DNA from: an uncultured Methanosarcinales archaeon
GTDB taxonomy: Archaea; Nanobdellota; Nanobdellia; Woesearchaeales; GW2011-AR9
Assembly: GCA_964344285.1 (NCBI GenBank)
Contig: CAYFMM010000002.1
Location: 72 to 64,071 of the forward strand
Length of the DNA: 64,000 nucleotides
Reading direction: 5' to 3'
The first letter of the stretch is position 1. Each line of letters begins with the position of its first letter. This document shows positions 9,276-18,947 of the stretch, piece after piece. The notes under the pieces are model-generated. The model searched no databases. It had not been told where the DNA came from and saw only the letters and a list, made by a program, of their open reading frames with translations. Position numbers and translations under genes: made by a program.

Positions 9276-10648
9276 GATTGTGCTCTTTTAAGATAATTTC
9301 CAACCACGTTGGGAGGCATACCGTGACTTACTTTTGCCGAAGCTACACGCACACTCCGTATTCCTGCAAGAAGGTTAGCTTGGGCAGAGAAAGTACCTAA
9401 TTCTTCTGTAATCGGAGACAAAGGATTATTAAAACCACGATTTGCAATAACATGAGGTAAGTTTTCTAAACAGTATAAAGCAAAGCGGGCATGTTCGCCC
9501 GATTTAAGAGAGCCAATACTTGCTAATTGTTGTGCAGGAGAAGAAACTTGAACGTGTCCAAAATCATAACCGATTACAAAATCACCACTAACCACATAAG
9601 TGTTTTCCTGCTTGCGATCAATATCTACAAGACATTTAGTCCCTTCAGGTAAATCACGCAATCTCTCTTCTGCTTGAAGATAAGGTTTTTTTAAAGCACG
9701 GAATTGTTGAAGTACATCAGGTGAAGTCTCTTTAGCACGTCCCATCAATTCTTCAAAGGGAATAACCTCAGGGCGAGGGTTAAGAGAATAAAGAAGGTTT
9801 TCTTTTTCTTCTTGTAATAAGATTTGTGCCAACGATGCATTAAATATTGGGACTGCAAGCCCATTTTCCCTTAGTTCTGCAAGGCCAAGGGGACGACTTG
9901 AAGCATATTCAATAAATAGATCTTTACACACACCAGCATACTTTTGAAAGTCTTTAATGTCAATTAATCCCTGGTTTTGTACACCATACGTAATAAGACC
10001 TGCTGTCTCTGATTCATTGTCAACTTCAAGACTATGAGGAACAACAGTAATTGGCCTAAGCAGACTATGTGCTCTTCGTTGTTGTAAATGAACATATTCT
10101 TTTACCAAGTCTAATGTTTTTCCTATTTTAAGATACATTGTTGTAGGACCTAAATCCGCATCAATAGTTGAATAACGAACAACACAACCAGTTCCAGTGT
10201 GAGTGTTGACTGCAACATCTTTTGAATTTCCAGTGGATAAAATATTCGCTGCTACTTCCAACCTATCTTCAGGAACTCCTTTTTTTGCAAGGCGAGAGAT
10301 TAAATCATCAGACCCGACACCAATTACTGATCGAATAGCAGCACGAACAGAAGTTAGATCCGATACAAGTGAATAATCAGCAGAGAGTACTGCATTTTCA
10401 CCATAAAGCACCATAGAAGCGACAGTGTTGGGAGAAGTGATACTTTCAAAAGAACCACCATCCATTTGAGAACGTGAAACACGAACTGCAAGAGTTGCCC
10501 CACTCCCTCTTTCAAGAGAATACAAAGATGCATCACCTACGTGAAGGTAAGGACGCGAATTAGCTTTAGATAGTTTGTTGTATACATTAAGCAGTGCTTG
10601 GGCTGCTTGTGGTGCTGTAGTCCAGTAAACCTGTTGTGAAGATTTCAT
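9263..10648 (-). CDS. Hypothetical 461-aa protein (weak resemblance to TldD/PmbA-family size and composition)
   Basis: Length and Gly/Ser-rich turns are compatible with PmbA/TldD, but no HExxxH motif is present. Treat as unknown. Confidence 0.3.
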   Translation of the reverse strand: MKSSQQVYWTTAPQAAQALLNVYNKLSKANSRPYLHVGDASLYSLERGSGATLAVRVSRSQMDGGSFESITSPNTVASMVLYGENAVLSADYSLVSDLTSVRAAIRSVIGVGSDDLISRLAKKGVPEDRLEVAANILSTGNSKDVAVNTHTGTGCVVRYSTIDADLGPTTMYLKIGKTLDLVKEYVHLQQRRAHSLLRPITVVPHSLEVDNESETAGLITYGVQNQGLIDIKDFQKYAGVCKDLFIEYASSRPLGLAELRENGLAVPIFNASLAQILLQEEKENLLYSLNPRPEVIPFEELMGRAKETSPDVLQQFRALKKPYLQAEERLRDLPEGTKCLVDIDRKQENTYVVSGDFVIGYDFGHVQVSSPAQQLASIGSLKSGEHARFALYCLENLPHVIANRGFNNPLSPITEELGTFSAQANLLAGIRSVRVASAKVSHGMPPNVVGNYLKRAQSHFV

Positions 10649-10754
10649 TTGTAATGAGAGAAAACACTTACCAAACCACCTTTGTTAATAAGAACTAAAT
10701 GAGGGTTTATTTTAAAAGATTTATTGTCTAAAAGGAAGAAAAAAGAATTAATAT

Positions 10755-11846
10755 CTAAAAAGAGTTATTTGAATTTATCTGAGAGGAAGCACCCATACCT
10801 GTTGTTTGATCCTTTTGCTCAGTTACTAATTCTTTAAACGCTTCTTCAATTTCTTTGTGTTTCCAACCTGTTTTTTCCATTAAAATTGCACGGATATCTT
10901 CGTCAGTTGTGCCCATTACATGTTCTTTTTTAATCCAAGTTTTAAGTTCTCGTAGATCATACACCATTTTAGGTTTTTTATGATAGTAGATTAGTGCAAT
11001 TAAACCAATGATTGCTGCAAGTAAGATGACACCTGCTCCAATGTAAAGAAGGGTCTTATAACGATCAAAAAATGACGTCGCTGTAGGTTGTTGCTGAGGA
11101 CTTAAAGGGATTTGCGGAGGAAGTAAATCACCTGAAACTCTTGAAGGAAGAAGACCTGAGTCGCCTGCACCACATGTTTTTTGCGTATCAGGTTGTAAAG
11201 CTAGAGTGCTACAAGCGTGTTCATCAACACAAGTCCTTTGTTGAATGCCATTAGAACAAGCTGACCAAGCTGAACAGATCCAAGACTCATCACAAACGTC
11301 ACATTCTTGTGTTTCAATTCTGGGTTGTTTGCCACAAGGACTAATATCAACACATTCCCTTACTTGTTGTAGATCAGAATTACAATATGACCAAGTGCCA
11401 CAACTCCACCTAGCTCTACAAAAATACCCACCACTTCCACCAGAAGAACCACCTGAGCTTCCTGGAGCTGAGCCACCAGAAGTTGGAGGCGGAGCTGCTG
11501 TAGTTGTTGTACAGCCAGGAGAGTTTAAACAGAATAATTGAGACGTACTTCCAGAAACACATTCTACGTTAATAGAATACGTTCCATCTTCAGGATTTGA
11601 AGCAGTGTTATAGGTTCTAGTGTAAGTCCCCACACCTCCTGAAAAATAAATTTGCCTATTGTCTGGACCGATTATTTCAAGAGTCGAGGGTTCTGCACAG
11701 TTAACAACAATGGAAACAATTTCATTATCAAGATAATCAGTTGTTGTACCAATGTCAATGGTTTGAGCCTGAACTAAAGCCAAGGAGAGTAAAACAAGAG
11801 TTAGAAAAATAAAAGTTACACGTTGAGTTCTTGTTATTGTTTGCAT
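10755..11846 (-). CDS. Type I membrane protein: signal peptide, beta-rich ectodomain, G/S linker, two 'WSxCxxxxQxRxC[VI]D' Cys-rich repeats, TM, conserved ~40-aa cytoplasmic tail
   Basis: Signal 'FIFLTLVLLSLALVQAQ'. Linker 'GGSAPGSSGGSSGGSGG'. Repeats 'CGTWSYCNSDLQQVRECVDISPCG' and 'CSAWSACSNGIQQRTCVDEHAC'. TM 'IGAGVILLAAIIGLIALIYY'. Tail 'LKTWIKKEHVMGTTDEDIRAILMEKTGWKHKEIEEAFKEL'. Confidence 0.6.
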   Translation of the reverse strand: MQTITRTQRVTFIFLTLVLLSLALVQAQTIDIGTTTDYLDNEIVSIVVNCAEPSTLEIIGPDNRQIYFSGGVGTYTRTYNTASNPEDGTYSINVECVSGSTSQLFCLNSPGCTTTTAAPPPTSGGSAPGSSGGSSGGSGGYFCRARWSCGTWSYCNSDLQQVRECVDISPCGKQPRIETQECDVCDESWICSAWSACSNGIQQRTCVDEHACSTLALQPDTQKTCGAGDSGLLPSRVSGDLLPPQIPLSPQQQPTATSFFDRYKTLLYIGAGVILLAAIIGLIALIYYHKKPKMVYDLRELKTWIKKEHVMGTTDEDIRAILMEKTGWKHKEIEEAFKELVTEQKDQTTGMGASSQINSNNSF

Positions 11847-11873
11847 TTTATGTTTGAATTTTTAACTAATCTT

Positions 11874-14084
11874 TTAACTTAAGATGATTCCTTGTTCTGT
11901 TGTTTGCACTGCATCTAAACTTTCAGTAAGCACGCCTGATGCATCTGGTGTATAATCAAAAATAATTCTTGCAAAGTTTCTTGCTGCTTGAGACGCTGGT
12001 GCATCTTGAACAAGAACTTCTCTTTGTGCCACGTAATTAGTGCCAGTTGGATTATAGCTGATTAATGCGTCGTAATTTGTTACATCTCTTACAACCTCTC
12101 GTTTGAAAGCAAGGATTACATTATTTGCATCATAGAGTGTTGTGTAAATTGTTAGTTGAGGGATTACTGCACCTGATTCAGAACTAAGTGTAGAACCAAA
12201 ATTCACAGTTGGACTACTTGCAATTACAGGTGGAGCTACACAAGCACCAACATCAATTTGACATGTTACAGGATCACAACTTAGACTTCCTGTTGCTCCA
12301 GCAACTGTTTGAGAAGCACAAGTTGCTGCTCCAAAGTTTGTACCATCACATTCTTCTCCAGCATCAATTACAGTGTTTCCACAGGTTGTTGGAGGAATTG
12401 TTACCGCTGTACAAGTTGCAGTTGTAAGGTCACAGGTTCCAGATGCGCACATTGAGTCAGTAACACAAGTATCACCACCTACCAAGTTTTGACATGCAGC
12501 ATTGCCATCACAATCCAAATCTTCACAATCTACTGGACCGTCACTATCATCATCAAAGCCATCATCACAAATTAATTCTGTTGCGGTAGGAGGAGGAGTT
12601 GTTGTACATTGAGTTACATCAAAATTACAAGTTGCATCACAACTTAACACACCCCCAGTAAAGGTTGAAGCCGGATCATAGTCAGTACAGTCTAGGCCTG
12701 CTGCATAAGAAGGCGTAGCACTGAGATCACATTGTTCAACTGTTGAATCGAATAAGCCGTCGCCACAAGTTGTTGGAAGACTAGAGGTTGGGACACATAG
12801 TTGAGTTGAAGAATCACAGACTCTTCCCGCTGGACAAGCATTAGGATCTAATGGATCGCAAGGTGAAAGGCATGTGTTTAAAGAAGGATCCCATGCACCA
12901 CCTGCTGTTGTACACGCTCCAGAAGTTGTACAACCTATAAGGTTAGTGATATCACAAAAGGAGATCACACAAGTTCCAACGCCAGCAACAGCTGCAGATA
13001 AATCACAAACTTCCCCACCAGAACAATCAGAATCTGTTCGACAAGTACTAGTTGTTGTAAGAGTACAGGAATCACCTAATGTTGGGTCACATGCCCGGCA
13101 TGTCAAGGAGGTTGTATCACACACATTTGTACCTGGACAATCAGTGTCTGTTACACAACTTAAAGCAACACAAGTGTATGTTGGTGTAGCACCAGAATTA
13201 TCACACATAGGAAGAAGAGGATCTGCAGTACAGTGCGCATTTGCAGTACATTCTTGAACAACAATTGGATCACTAATACCATTTGTAATTAAGTCAACAC
13301 TTGCAGTTGAGTCTAGGCTAAAGACATCAAAGGAATTGAAATTAAAATTGTAAGTTCCTGGTGATTGAGGTGCAATAGAGATTAGCGCAACCATAAAATT
13401 GCCAGTTTGTGCATTCGTTGGGTTAAAAGTAGTGTAATCAAAGTCAATTACTGACCCTGTTGCTGTATCAGTACAACTTCCAAGTGGAGTTCCCAAAGAG
13501 GAACTTGTCTCCCAAGTAGATAAACCTGAGCTCTCGACAATCGAGGTCACATCTGCACAACTTAATGAAGGGTCAAGTGCAAGTTGAAACATGACACTTA
13601 CAGTCTCAGCAGTCCCAATGTTTGATCGAATTTCAAGGTTAATATTATCAGAAAGTCCAATGGCAACTGTCGGTGTACTAATTCCTGCAGTGTTTAAATC
13701 TCCAGTATAAAATGCTCTTCCTGCTAATTGATCGGAGAAAAGTAAGAAAAGGCTTAGAATTAAAATTGCAATTACTGCAATACCTGCAATGATCCAGATC
13801 TTTTTGTTTGAGTTTTTTTGGGGCAAATACATCGATTGATTTTGTGTAGCCAATTTTTGTAGAGGAATACGGTTACCAAGATAGGCCTTTGTATTTGTTC
13901 TCTGGTTTATTCTAGTAGGTCTTACGATTCTTTGTGCATCTAATTTTGCTTTTAGTTGTTTTGTTGCAGAAAGGTTAGATCTTTTAGTAGAGCTAACACT
14001 AGAACGGATAGGACGTTTGGAGATCCTTGAAGTCGTTTTTGGTGTTCTTTGTGTCCCTTTTTTCATCGTTCTTTTTTTTGCCAT
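11874..14084 (-). CDS. Type II membrane protein (basic 'MAKKR...' cytoplasmic N-terminus, single TM) with large Cys-rich ectodomain containing Myxococcus-type 'CGDG...GEECD' cysteine-rich repeats
   Basis: TM 'IWIIAGIAVIAILILSLFLLF'. Repeats 'TTCGDGLFDSTVEQCD...' and 'TTCGNTVIDAGEECDGTNFGAATCASQTVAGATGSLSCDPVTCQIDVGAC'. The ORF is 736 aa and Cys-rich. Confidence 0.65.
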   Translation of the reverse strand: MAKKRTMKKGTQRTPKTTSRISKRPIRSSVSSTKRSNLSATKQLKAKLDAQRIVRPTRINQRTNTKAYLGNRIPLQKLATQNQSMYLPQKNSNKKIWIIAGIAVIAILILSLFLLFSDQLAGRAFYTGDLNTAGISTPTVAIGLSDNINLEIRSNIGTAETVSVMFQLALDPSLSCADVTSIVESSGLSTWETSSSLGTPLGSCTDTATGSVIDFDYTTFNPTNAQTGNFMVALISIAPQSPGTYNFNFNSFDVFSLDSTASVDLITNGISDPIVVQECTANAHCTADPLLPMCDNSGATPTYTCVALSCVTDTDCPGTNVCDTTSLTCRACDPTLGDSCTLTTTSTCRTDSDCSGGEVCDLSAAVAGVGTCVISFCDITNLIGCTTSGACTTAGGAWDPSLNTCLSPCDPLDPNACPAGRVCDSSTQLCVPTSSLPTTCGDGLFDSTVEQCDLSATPSYAAGLDCTDYDPASTFTGGVLSCDATCNFDVTQCTTTPPPTATELICDDGFDDDSDGPVDCEDLDCDGNAACQNLVGGDTCVTDSMCASGTCDLTTATCTAVTIPPTTCGNTVIDAGEECDGTNFGAATCASQTVAGATGSLSCDPVTCQIDVGACVAPPVIASSPTVNFGSTLSSESGAVIPQLTIYTTLYDANNVILAFKREVVRDVTNYDALISYNPTGTNYVAQREVLVQDAPASQAARNFARIIFDYTPDASGVLTESLDAVQTTEQGIILS

Positions 14085-14105
14085 TGTAAACCTCTATTTT
14101 ACCTC

Positions 14106-15086
14106 TTAAATTAATCCTGCTGCAGTCATGAAGTTTCTTAGAGATGCAACTACTTGTGAAATTATTTGCCCCACAGATAAGGAGTTATCATTAAGTGTGT
14201 TTGAAATTTCTTGTACTGTTGGAGTACATAAACCCCGTACTTCATCTCTTGCTCCGTCACAAGTACAACCTGAAGCCGCTACGTCTTGGTTATCTGTACA
14301 AGATGTTGCTGGAGGTGGAGTTGTTGCAACTGCACACGTCCCACTTACACATGAACCTGAAGCACACATAGAACTATCATAACAAAAGGAACCATCAGCC
14401 AAGTTAGAACATACACCAATTGTTGCACCGTGACATTGTGTGTCTTGACAATCTATTCTTCCATCCCCATCATTATCATTCCTATCTTGACATAATGCAG
14501 GAGTGTTTTCTGTTGTTGGAGTTGGAGCCGTACAAGCCGATGTATCTATTTGACAGGTTACAGGGTCACAAGATAAACTTCCTCTTGAGCCTGCTCCAAC
14601 TTCAGAAGCGCAAGTTGCTGTCCCAAAGTTTGTGCCGTCACATTCTTCTCCTGCATCAATGTTACCATCCCCACAAGTAGGAGCTGCAACAACACTTAAA
14701 GTAGAAGCTCCAGGTAAAGCAGTTGTTGATCCTTGAAAAATAACTCCACCTGTAAAAACACCTGATGTTGCAGTTGTGGGAGCAGTTACGACATAAGAAT
14801 GAACCGGTGAAGCTGGAATTGAAGTTAATGCCAACTTAAGATTTTGTCCGTTTTGTCTAAAAGAACCTACATCCGAGATTATCCAACCTGCAGGAACTTT
14901 TTCATCAATAGCATAGAAGAGCTCTCCTGCTGCAGGAGTTGCAGTAATTGTAACTGTCACAGTATTCCCTTGAGTCGCTGGGTCTGGACTAAAGGAACGT
15001 GTTGCAGTCCCTGCAAAAGCCATGGGCAGAAGTAGTGCAATTAACGCCACTACGATTATTAATTTCATATTTGTATTTTTCATCAT
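14106..15086 (-). CDS. Secreted protein: beta-sandwich N-domain + Myxococcus-type Cys-rich repeat + 'CQDRNDNDGDGRIDCQD' Asp/Cys-rich module
   Basis: The ORF track runs 14106..15116. I place the likely start at the internal Met giving 'MMKNTNMKLIIVVALIALLLPMAFAG', which removes the overlap with the upstream gene. Repeat 'TCGDGNIDAGEECDGTNFGTATCASEVGAGSRGSLSCDPVTCQIDTSAC'. Confidence 0.55.
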   Translation of the reverse strand: MMKNTNMKLIIVVALIALLLPMAFAGTATRSFSPDPATQGNTVTVTITATPAAGELFYAIDEKVPAGWIISDVGSFRQNGQNLKLALTSIPASPVHSYVVTAPTTATSGVFTGGVIFQGSTTALPGASTLSVVAAPTCGDGNIDAGEECDGTNFGTATCASEVGAGSRGSLSCDPVTCQIDTSACTAPTPTTENTPALCQDRNDNDGDGRIDCQDTQCHGATIGVCSNLADGSFCYDSSMCASGSCVSGTCAVATTPPPATSCTDNQDVAASGCTCDGARDEVRGLCTPTVQEISNTLNDNSLSVGQIISQVVASLRNFMTAAGLI

Positions 15087-15087
15087 C

Positions 15088-15900
15088 TTAGCACCCCGAG
15101 ATATACCAATTATCAATTACTTGGAATAAATCTGTTATAGTTGCAGTACCCGCGTACCAACTGTCGATATAGGAAAATAATTCTGGAACATCAATACAAC
15201 CACTGTTATCTGTATCGCCTAAAAGAGTAGAAACTGTTGTACAACCAGTAGTATCGATTTGACAAGTAGTGGGATTACAAGAGAGAGTTCCTCCAGTAAA
15301 AGAGCCAATATCATCGCATGCAAAACCCTGTAGGTCTGAGCTATCACATTCTTCATTACCCTCTATAATACCGTTCCCACAATTAGGAACAATTATGTTT
15401 ACCGTTCTTTGAGTAGGATCTTGAGAAGCACTAGTGGCGTAAGAACTTCTAAGGGAACCAGAAGCTACCATCCTATTAAAAAAGAATTCTACTGATCTTG
15501 GACTTGTCCCTGCTTGGTAAGTTGCAGTTGCAAATAACAAGTTATTACCAACTACAAAGTTAGTTCCTGAGAGAAGTTCAGGAAGAGGTCTCGTCTCAGC
15601 ATAACGCCATCTAAAATTTTGAGAGACATCATTAATAGTAGATGTAGTTGAAAGTAAATTCTCTCCTTGTTGAGAAATTCTCGTAACTCCACTACTAGAG
15701 TAGTATTCAAATTCTGCATAAGTAAGAGCCTCGTCAGTTGGAACATCCAAATAAACTTGCACATCAAAGGTCTCCCCTACGTAAACAGTTTGAGGGACTA
15801 CAACACGGAAGTTTACAGTTGCTTGAACACTTGTAACAACTAATGAAAATATAATTAATAAGAGTAAGAAAAATTTGAATTTATTGGTTTTTATTTTCAT
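15088..15900 (-). CDS. Secreted cohesin-like N-domain + Cys-rich repeat + C-terminal Ca-loop dockerin-like module
   Basis: Signal 'FKFFLLLLIIFSLVVTSVQA'. N-domain 'TVNFRVVVPQTVYVGETFDVQVYLDVPTDEALTYAEFEY' follows the cohesin strand pattern. Repeat 'CGNGIIEGNEECDSSDLQGFACDDIGSFTGGTLSCNPTTCQIDTTGC'. C-terminus 'GDTDNSGCIDVPELFSYIDSWYAGTATITDLFQVIDNWYISGC' has an EF-hand/dockerin-like DxDxSGxxDxxE loop. Confidence 0.6.
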   Translation of the reverse strand: MKIKTNKFKFFLLLLIIFSLVVTSVQATVNFRVVVPQTVYVGETFDVQVYLDVPTDEALTYAEFEYYSSSGVTRISQQGENLLSTTSTINDVSQNFRWRYAETRPLPELLSGTNFVVGNNLLFATATYQAGTSPRSVEFFFNRMVASGSLRSSYATSASQDPTQRTVNIIVPNCGNGIIEGNEECDSSDLQGFACDDIGSFTGGTLSCNPTTCQIDTTGCTTVSTLLGDTDNSGCIDVPELFSYIDSWYAGTATITDLFQVIDNWYISGC

Positions 15901-15903
15901 AAT

Positions 15904-18195
15904 CTAACACCTAAAACTGGTTTGTGAGGTTCTGCCATTACTACATAAGTGTAAGTCACTAAAAACACGACAAGCTTGCTGATTGCTTGAACCACAATTT
16001 GGTTGAGGGTTGTTGATTAGACTAAATATAAGTTGCTGCACAGCTGCATCTAGTCCATCAAGTATTCCATTACCATCAAAGTCATTGTAAAGATTGTTTG
16101 GCAAGTTTGGATCTTGGCAGGTAAAGGAAGTTTGTCCTGCTTGCCCATTTCTACAGATAAAACCCACTGAATGAGAGCAAGCAGTTTGTTTGTCTATTCC
16201 GCAAGTAGGTTGTGTTGCTGCTCCAGTTACAATTACGCTAAACGCATCTAAATCAAATTGAGTAATATCTCCATCTCCGTTAGTATCCCCTATTGGAAGA
16301 TAAGAAACATAGGTACAAGCCATGTCTAGAGCACAATCATCGTCATTACAATCATATTGTCCATCTAAGTCGTTATCGATTGTATCTGCACATTGCGTTT
16401 CAGTTGTTGGTGCACATCTTGGTAAAGAACTACACTCAGAGTCATCACAATCCACAAACCCATCTTGGTCATCATCCATATTGTTGTCACAAACTTCTAA
16501 AGGAGGCAATTGTGAAGGATTATGAACTGCAAGATTAGCGATTGTTCCTGGAAATAATATAGTGTCATAAACACGAATTTCATCTAAGTGGCCGTTTAAT
16601 CTAGTGCTTGCTTCTGCACCAAAGAAGAGTGTTTGAGCATTAGCCGTCCTTAAATTTAAGTAATCAGTCCCTTGTTTATTTGCACTCCCAGTAGTTGCAT
16701 ATGGGACTGAATAAGCTGGAGCTGCAAATCCATTTACTGTAAGTGTATGGCTAAAACCCTGAACGATGTTGCCCGGAAGAATCGGGTCTATTTGAATTGC
16801 AATATGGTTCCATTGATTAGGCCTAATTCCGGACTTAGTCATTGCTTGATTTCCGTTAACATACAATTGAACTGCACCATCAGCATAGAATAAAGACAGG
16901 AATGCAGTCGTCCTTGTGGGCGGTAGTTTACTAGAACCCCATTGTAAAATCCCTTGACTTGTAAGAGAAGATGTTGGTTTAAACCAGAAACTAATTGTGC
17001 GAGAAGTAGTTAATTGCCGAGGAAAGGCGTAAGGAATTGATAAAAAGCTAGAGCCAGGTGTTGCATATGCACCACGTTGTGTCGAATAAGTATTTAAAAT
17101 ACCATCTGTTGGAATAACTGATGCAGATCCAATAACACTTGCAGTAGTTGCTGTTAATGTTCCTTGGTTTGTGATTCTTGAGCCACTTGTTTGCGCGGTA
17201 AAAGGGAAGTAAAGCTCCACTGGAAGAGTTGCAAGGTTTTGGACAATCTGAGTTTGAGTTGATGTATCAGAAGTAGTTTGAATTGGTGTTTCTGTTGAGC
17301 CTAATTTATCAAGTAGAGAACCTCCAACTGCCCCCGCAGGCTCTAAGCCCCTAATAGGGTCTTTTTGAAGATCTGAAACCAACCCTTTAATTTCACTACA
17401 AGGAGTGTATTGAGAAGGCCAAGGAGAAGTTACACCAGACTGCACCTCTTGACAACCCGTTATATCCAATGTACCAAAAGCATTATTCCTTCCTGAAATT
17501 CGTGATGCAACGTTACATACAACATCTGATTCTGAATTAAAACAAACCTGGTTATCCTGGATTGTTGAAAGATCTGCGTTATTGATTACAAGACCTTGTT
17601 TATTGCCATGAATACGATTATTTGATAATTCTAAACGTTTAGGAGAACTTAGTACAATTCCAAAGACATTTGAAGTGAGTGTATTTTCAGTTAATTTTAG
17701 GTCAGTGATTGAGACTTCTTTGTTTAAACTAGTTGCCTGAATTGCAAAATCATAATTTGTAAAAGTACAACCCTGGATTGTTACACTATTGCTCTTGATT
17801 AATGCACCATAATCACCTTGAGATGCACTGCCATCAATTGTAAAACCTGGTTCACATTTTATTGTCACTGCACGATTTTCAATGTTAAAGCAAGTTTGTC
17901 CCTTAGAAGCTAAGTCAGTAATCACACGATACTCTACAAAAGGTTCAAGCTCAATCCCTTCATCAGTCGGGCATGCTGTTAATTCTTTAATTGGTTTTCC
18001 ACTTTGACAAATCCCAGATACGCAAGATTCTCCTGGATAACAATCTGCATTAACTTTACAAGCAGAACCAATTGCTTGTCCAAATAAGTTGCCAGTCCCT
18101 GAAACATTAAAGTAAAGGAGAAGCGAAGCTAAAAAGATGATACCAACAGAGATACTCGCTATTAACCAAGCCTTATGTTTATCCACCATGTACAC
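15904..18195 (-). CDS. Large surface protein: signal anchor, right-handed beta-helix (pectate-lyase-like) repeats, LamG/ConA-like lectin domain, Asp/Cys-rich module, two dockerin-like Ca-loop modules each followed by a 4-Cys segment
   Basis: Beta-helix 'LSNNRIHGNKQGLVINNADLSTIQDNQVCFNS'. LamG-like 'TISFWFKPTSSLTSQGILQWGSS...LYVNGNQAMTKSG...WNHIAIQ'. Asp/Cys module 'CDNNMDDDQDGFVDCDDSEC...CADTIDNDLDGQYDCNDDDC'. Dockerin-like loops 'GDTNGDGDITQFDLDAFSVIV' and 'NDFDGNGILDGLDAAVQQLIFSLIN'. Confidence 0.6.
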   Translation of the reverse strand: MYMVDKHKAWLIASISVGIIFLASLLLYFNVSGTGNLFGQAIGSACKVNADCYPGESCVSGICQSGKPIKELTACPTDEGIELEPFVEYRVITDLASKGQTCFNIENRAVTIKCEPGFTIDGSASQGDYGALIKSNSVTIQGCTFTNYDFAIQATSLNKEVSITDLKLTENTLTSNVFGIVLSSPKRLELSNNRIHGNKQGLVINNADLSTIQDNQVCFNSESDVVCNVASRISGRNNAFGTLDITGCQEVQSGVTSPWPSQYTPCSEIKGLVSDLQKDPIRGLEPAGAVGGSLLDKLGSTETPIQTTSDTSTQTQIVQNLATLPVELYFPFTAQTSGSRITNQGTLTATTASVIGSASVIPTDGILNTYSTQRGAYATPGSSFLSIPYAFPRQLTTSRTISFWFKPTSSLTSQGILQWGSSKLPPTRTTAFLSLFYADGAVQLYVNGNQAMTKSGIRPNQWNHIAIQIDPILPGNIVQGFSHTLTVNGFAAPAYSVPYATTGSANKQGTDYLNLRTANAQTLFFGAEASTRLNGHLDEIRVYDTILFPGTIANLAVHNPSQLPPLEVCDNNMDDDQDGFVDCDDSECSSLPRCAPTTETQCADTIDNDLDGQYDCNDDDCALDMACTYVSYLPIGDTNGDGDITQFDLDAFSVIVTGAATQPTCGIDKQTACSHSVGFICRNGQAGQTSFTCQDPNLPNNLYNDFDGNGILDGLDAAVQQLIFSLINNPQPNCGSSNQQACRVFSDLHLCSNGRTSQTSFRC

Positions 18196-18286
18196 CTTCT
18201 TTTTAGAGAAAAAGAAGTATACAGAGACTTATAAATGTATCGTTATAGCGACGAGGAGGTTTAGAGTTAGAAAAAGAAGATAAAAA

Positions 18287-18946
18287 TTAGCAACCATTAG
18301 TATACCAGTTATCAATCACATTAAAAAGATAATTTGTTTCAATTATGTTAAGGTACCAACCATCAATAAAGGAAAACAATTCCGGAACTCCAACGCAGCC
18401 ATCCCCAGTTGTGTCCCCAATAATAACAGAAGGAGAAGAAATTACAAGAATTCGGTTTTGAGAGACTGAAGAATCAAAAAAAGAATTTCTTGTAACAGTT
18501 GCACCAAAAGGAGCAGAAGTAGTTGGAAGATCTAGAATAAACGAGCCAGGAAGATAAGATACTGCATCGATGGTTGCAAGTAGACTATTACCCTGGAATG
18601 CAATCCCTCCCGATACATCCATTTCAGAAAAAGACCAAGAATTATATCCGTAAGGTGATTGTTCAAGGCCCGTGCTCGTTATTTCCACCTGAGATGTTTG
18701 AAACATATTATTTGAATTAGCAGACAAAAAAACTACCTCCAAAGGATTTCCTGTTCCAATTGCAGTAAGTTCAAAATCTGCTCCCGTTATTGTTTCTGAG
18801 ATGGGAACATTAACATAGATTTCAATTTGAAAAGGTTGCCCTTGTTGCACAGTGGAAGGAGCATCAATAGAGAATTCAACTACTGCCAAAGTAGAGACCA
18901 TGCTAACCAGAAAAAAGGTAAATAAGAAAATTAATGTAGAGCGCAT
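18287..18946 (-). CDS. Secreted cohesin-like N-domain + C-terminal dockerin-like module (paralog of 15088..15900)
   Basis: N-domain 'AVVEFSIDAPSTVQQGQPFQIEIYVNVPISETITGADFEL'. C-terminus 'GDTTGDGCVGVPELFSFIDGWYLNIIETNYLFNVIDNWYTNGC' is near-identical in architecture to the C-terminus of 15088..15900. Confidence 0.6.
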   Translation of the reverse strand: MRSTLIFLFTFFLVSMVSTLAVVEFSIDAPSTVQQGQPFQIEIYVNVPISETITGADFELTAIGTGNPLEVVFLSANSNNMFQTSQVEITSTGLEQSPYGYNSWSFSEMDVSGGIAFQGNSLLATIDAVSYLPGSFILDLPTTSAPFGATVTRNSFFDSSVSQNRILVISSPSVIIGDTTGDGCVGVPELFSFIDGWYLNIIETNYLFNVIDNWYTNGC

Positions 18947-18947
18947 T

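Noticed and set aside
9263-10648. Naming 9263..10648 as a TldD/PmbA metalloprotease
   Set aside because: Only length and general composition fit. I cannot find the HExxxH or other diagnostic motifs by eye, so I left it as hypothetical.
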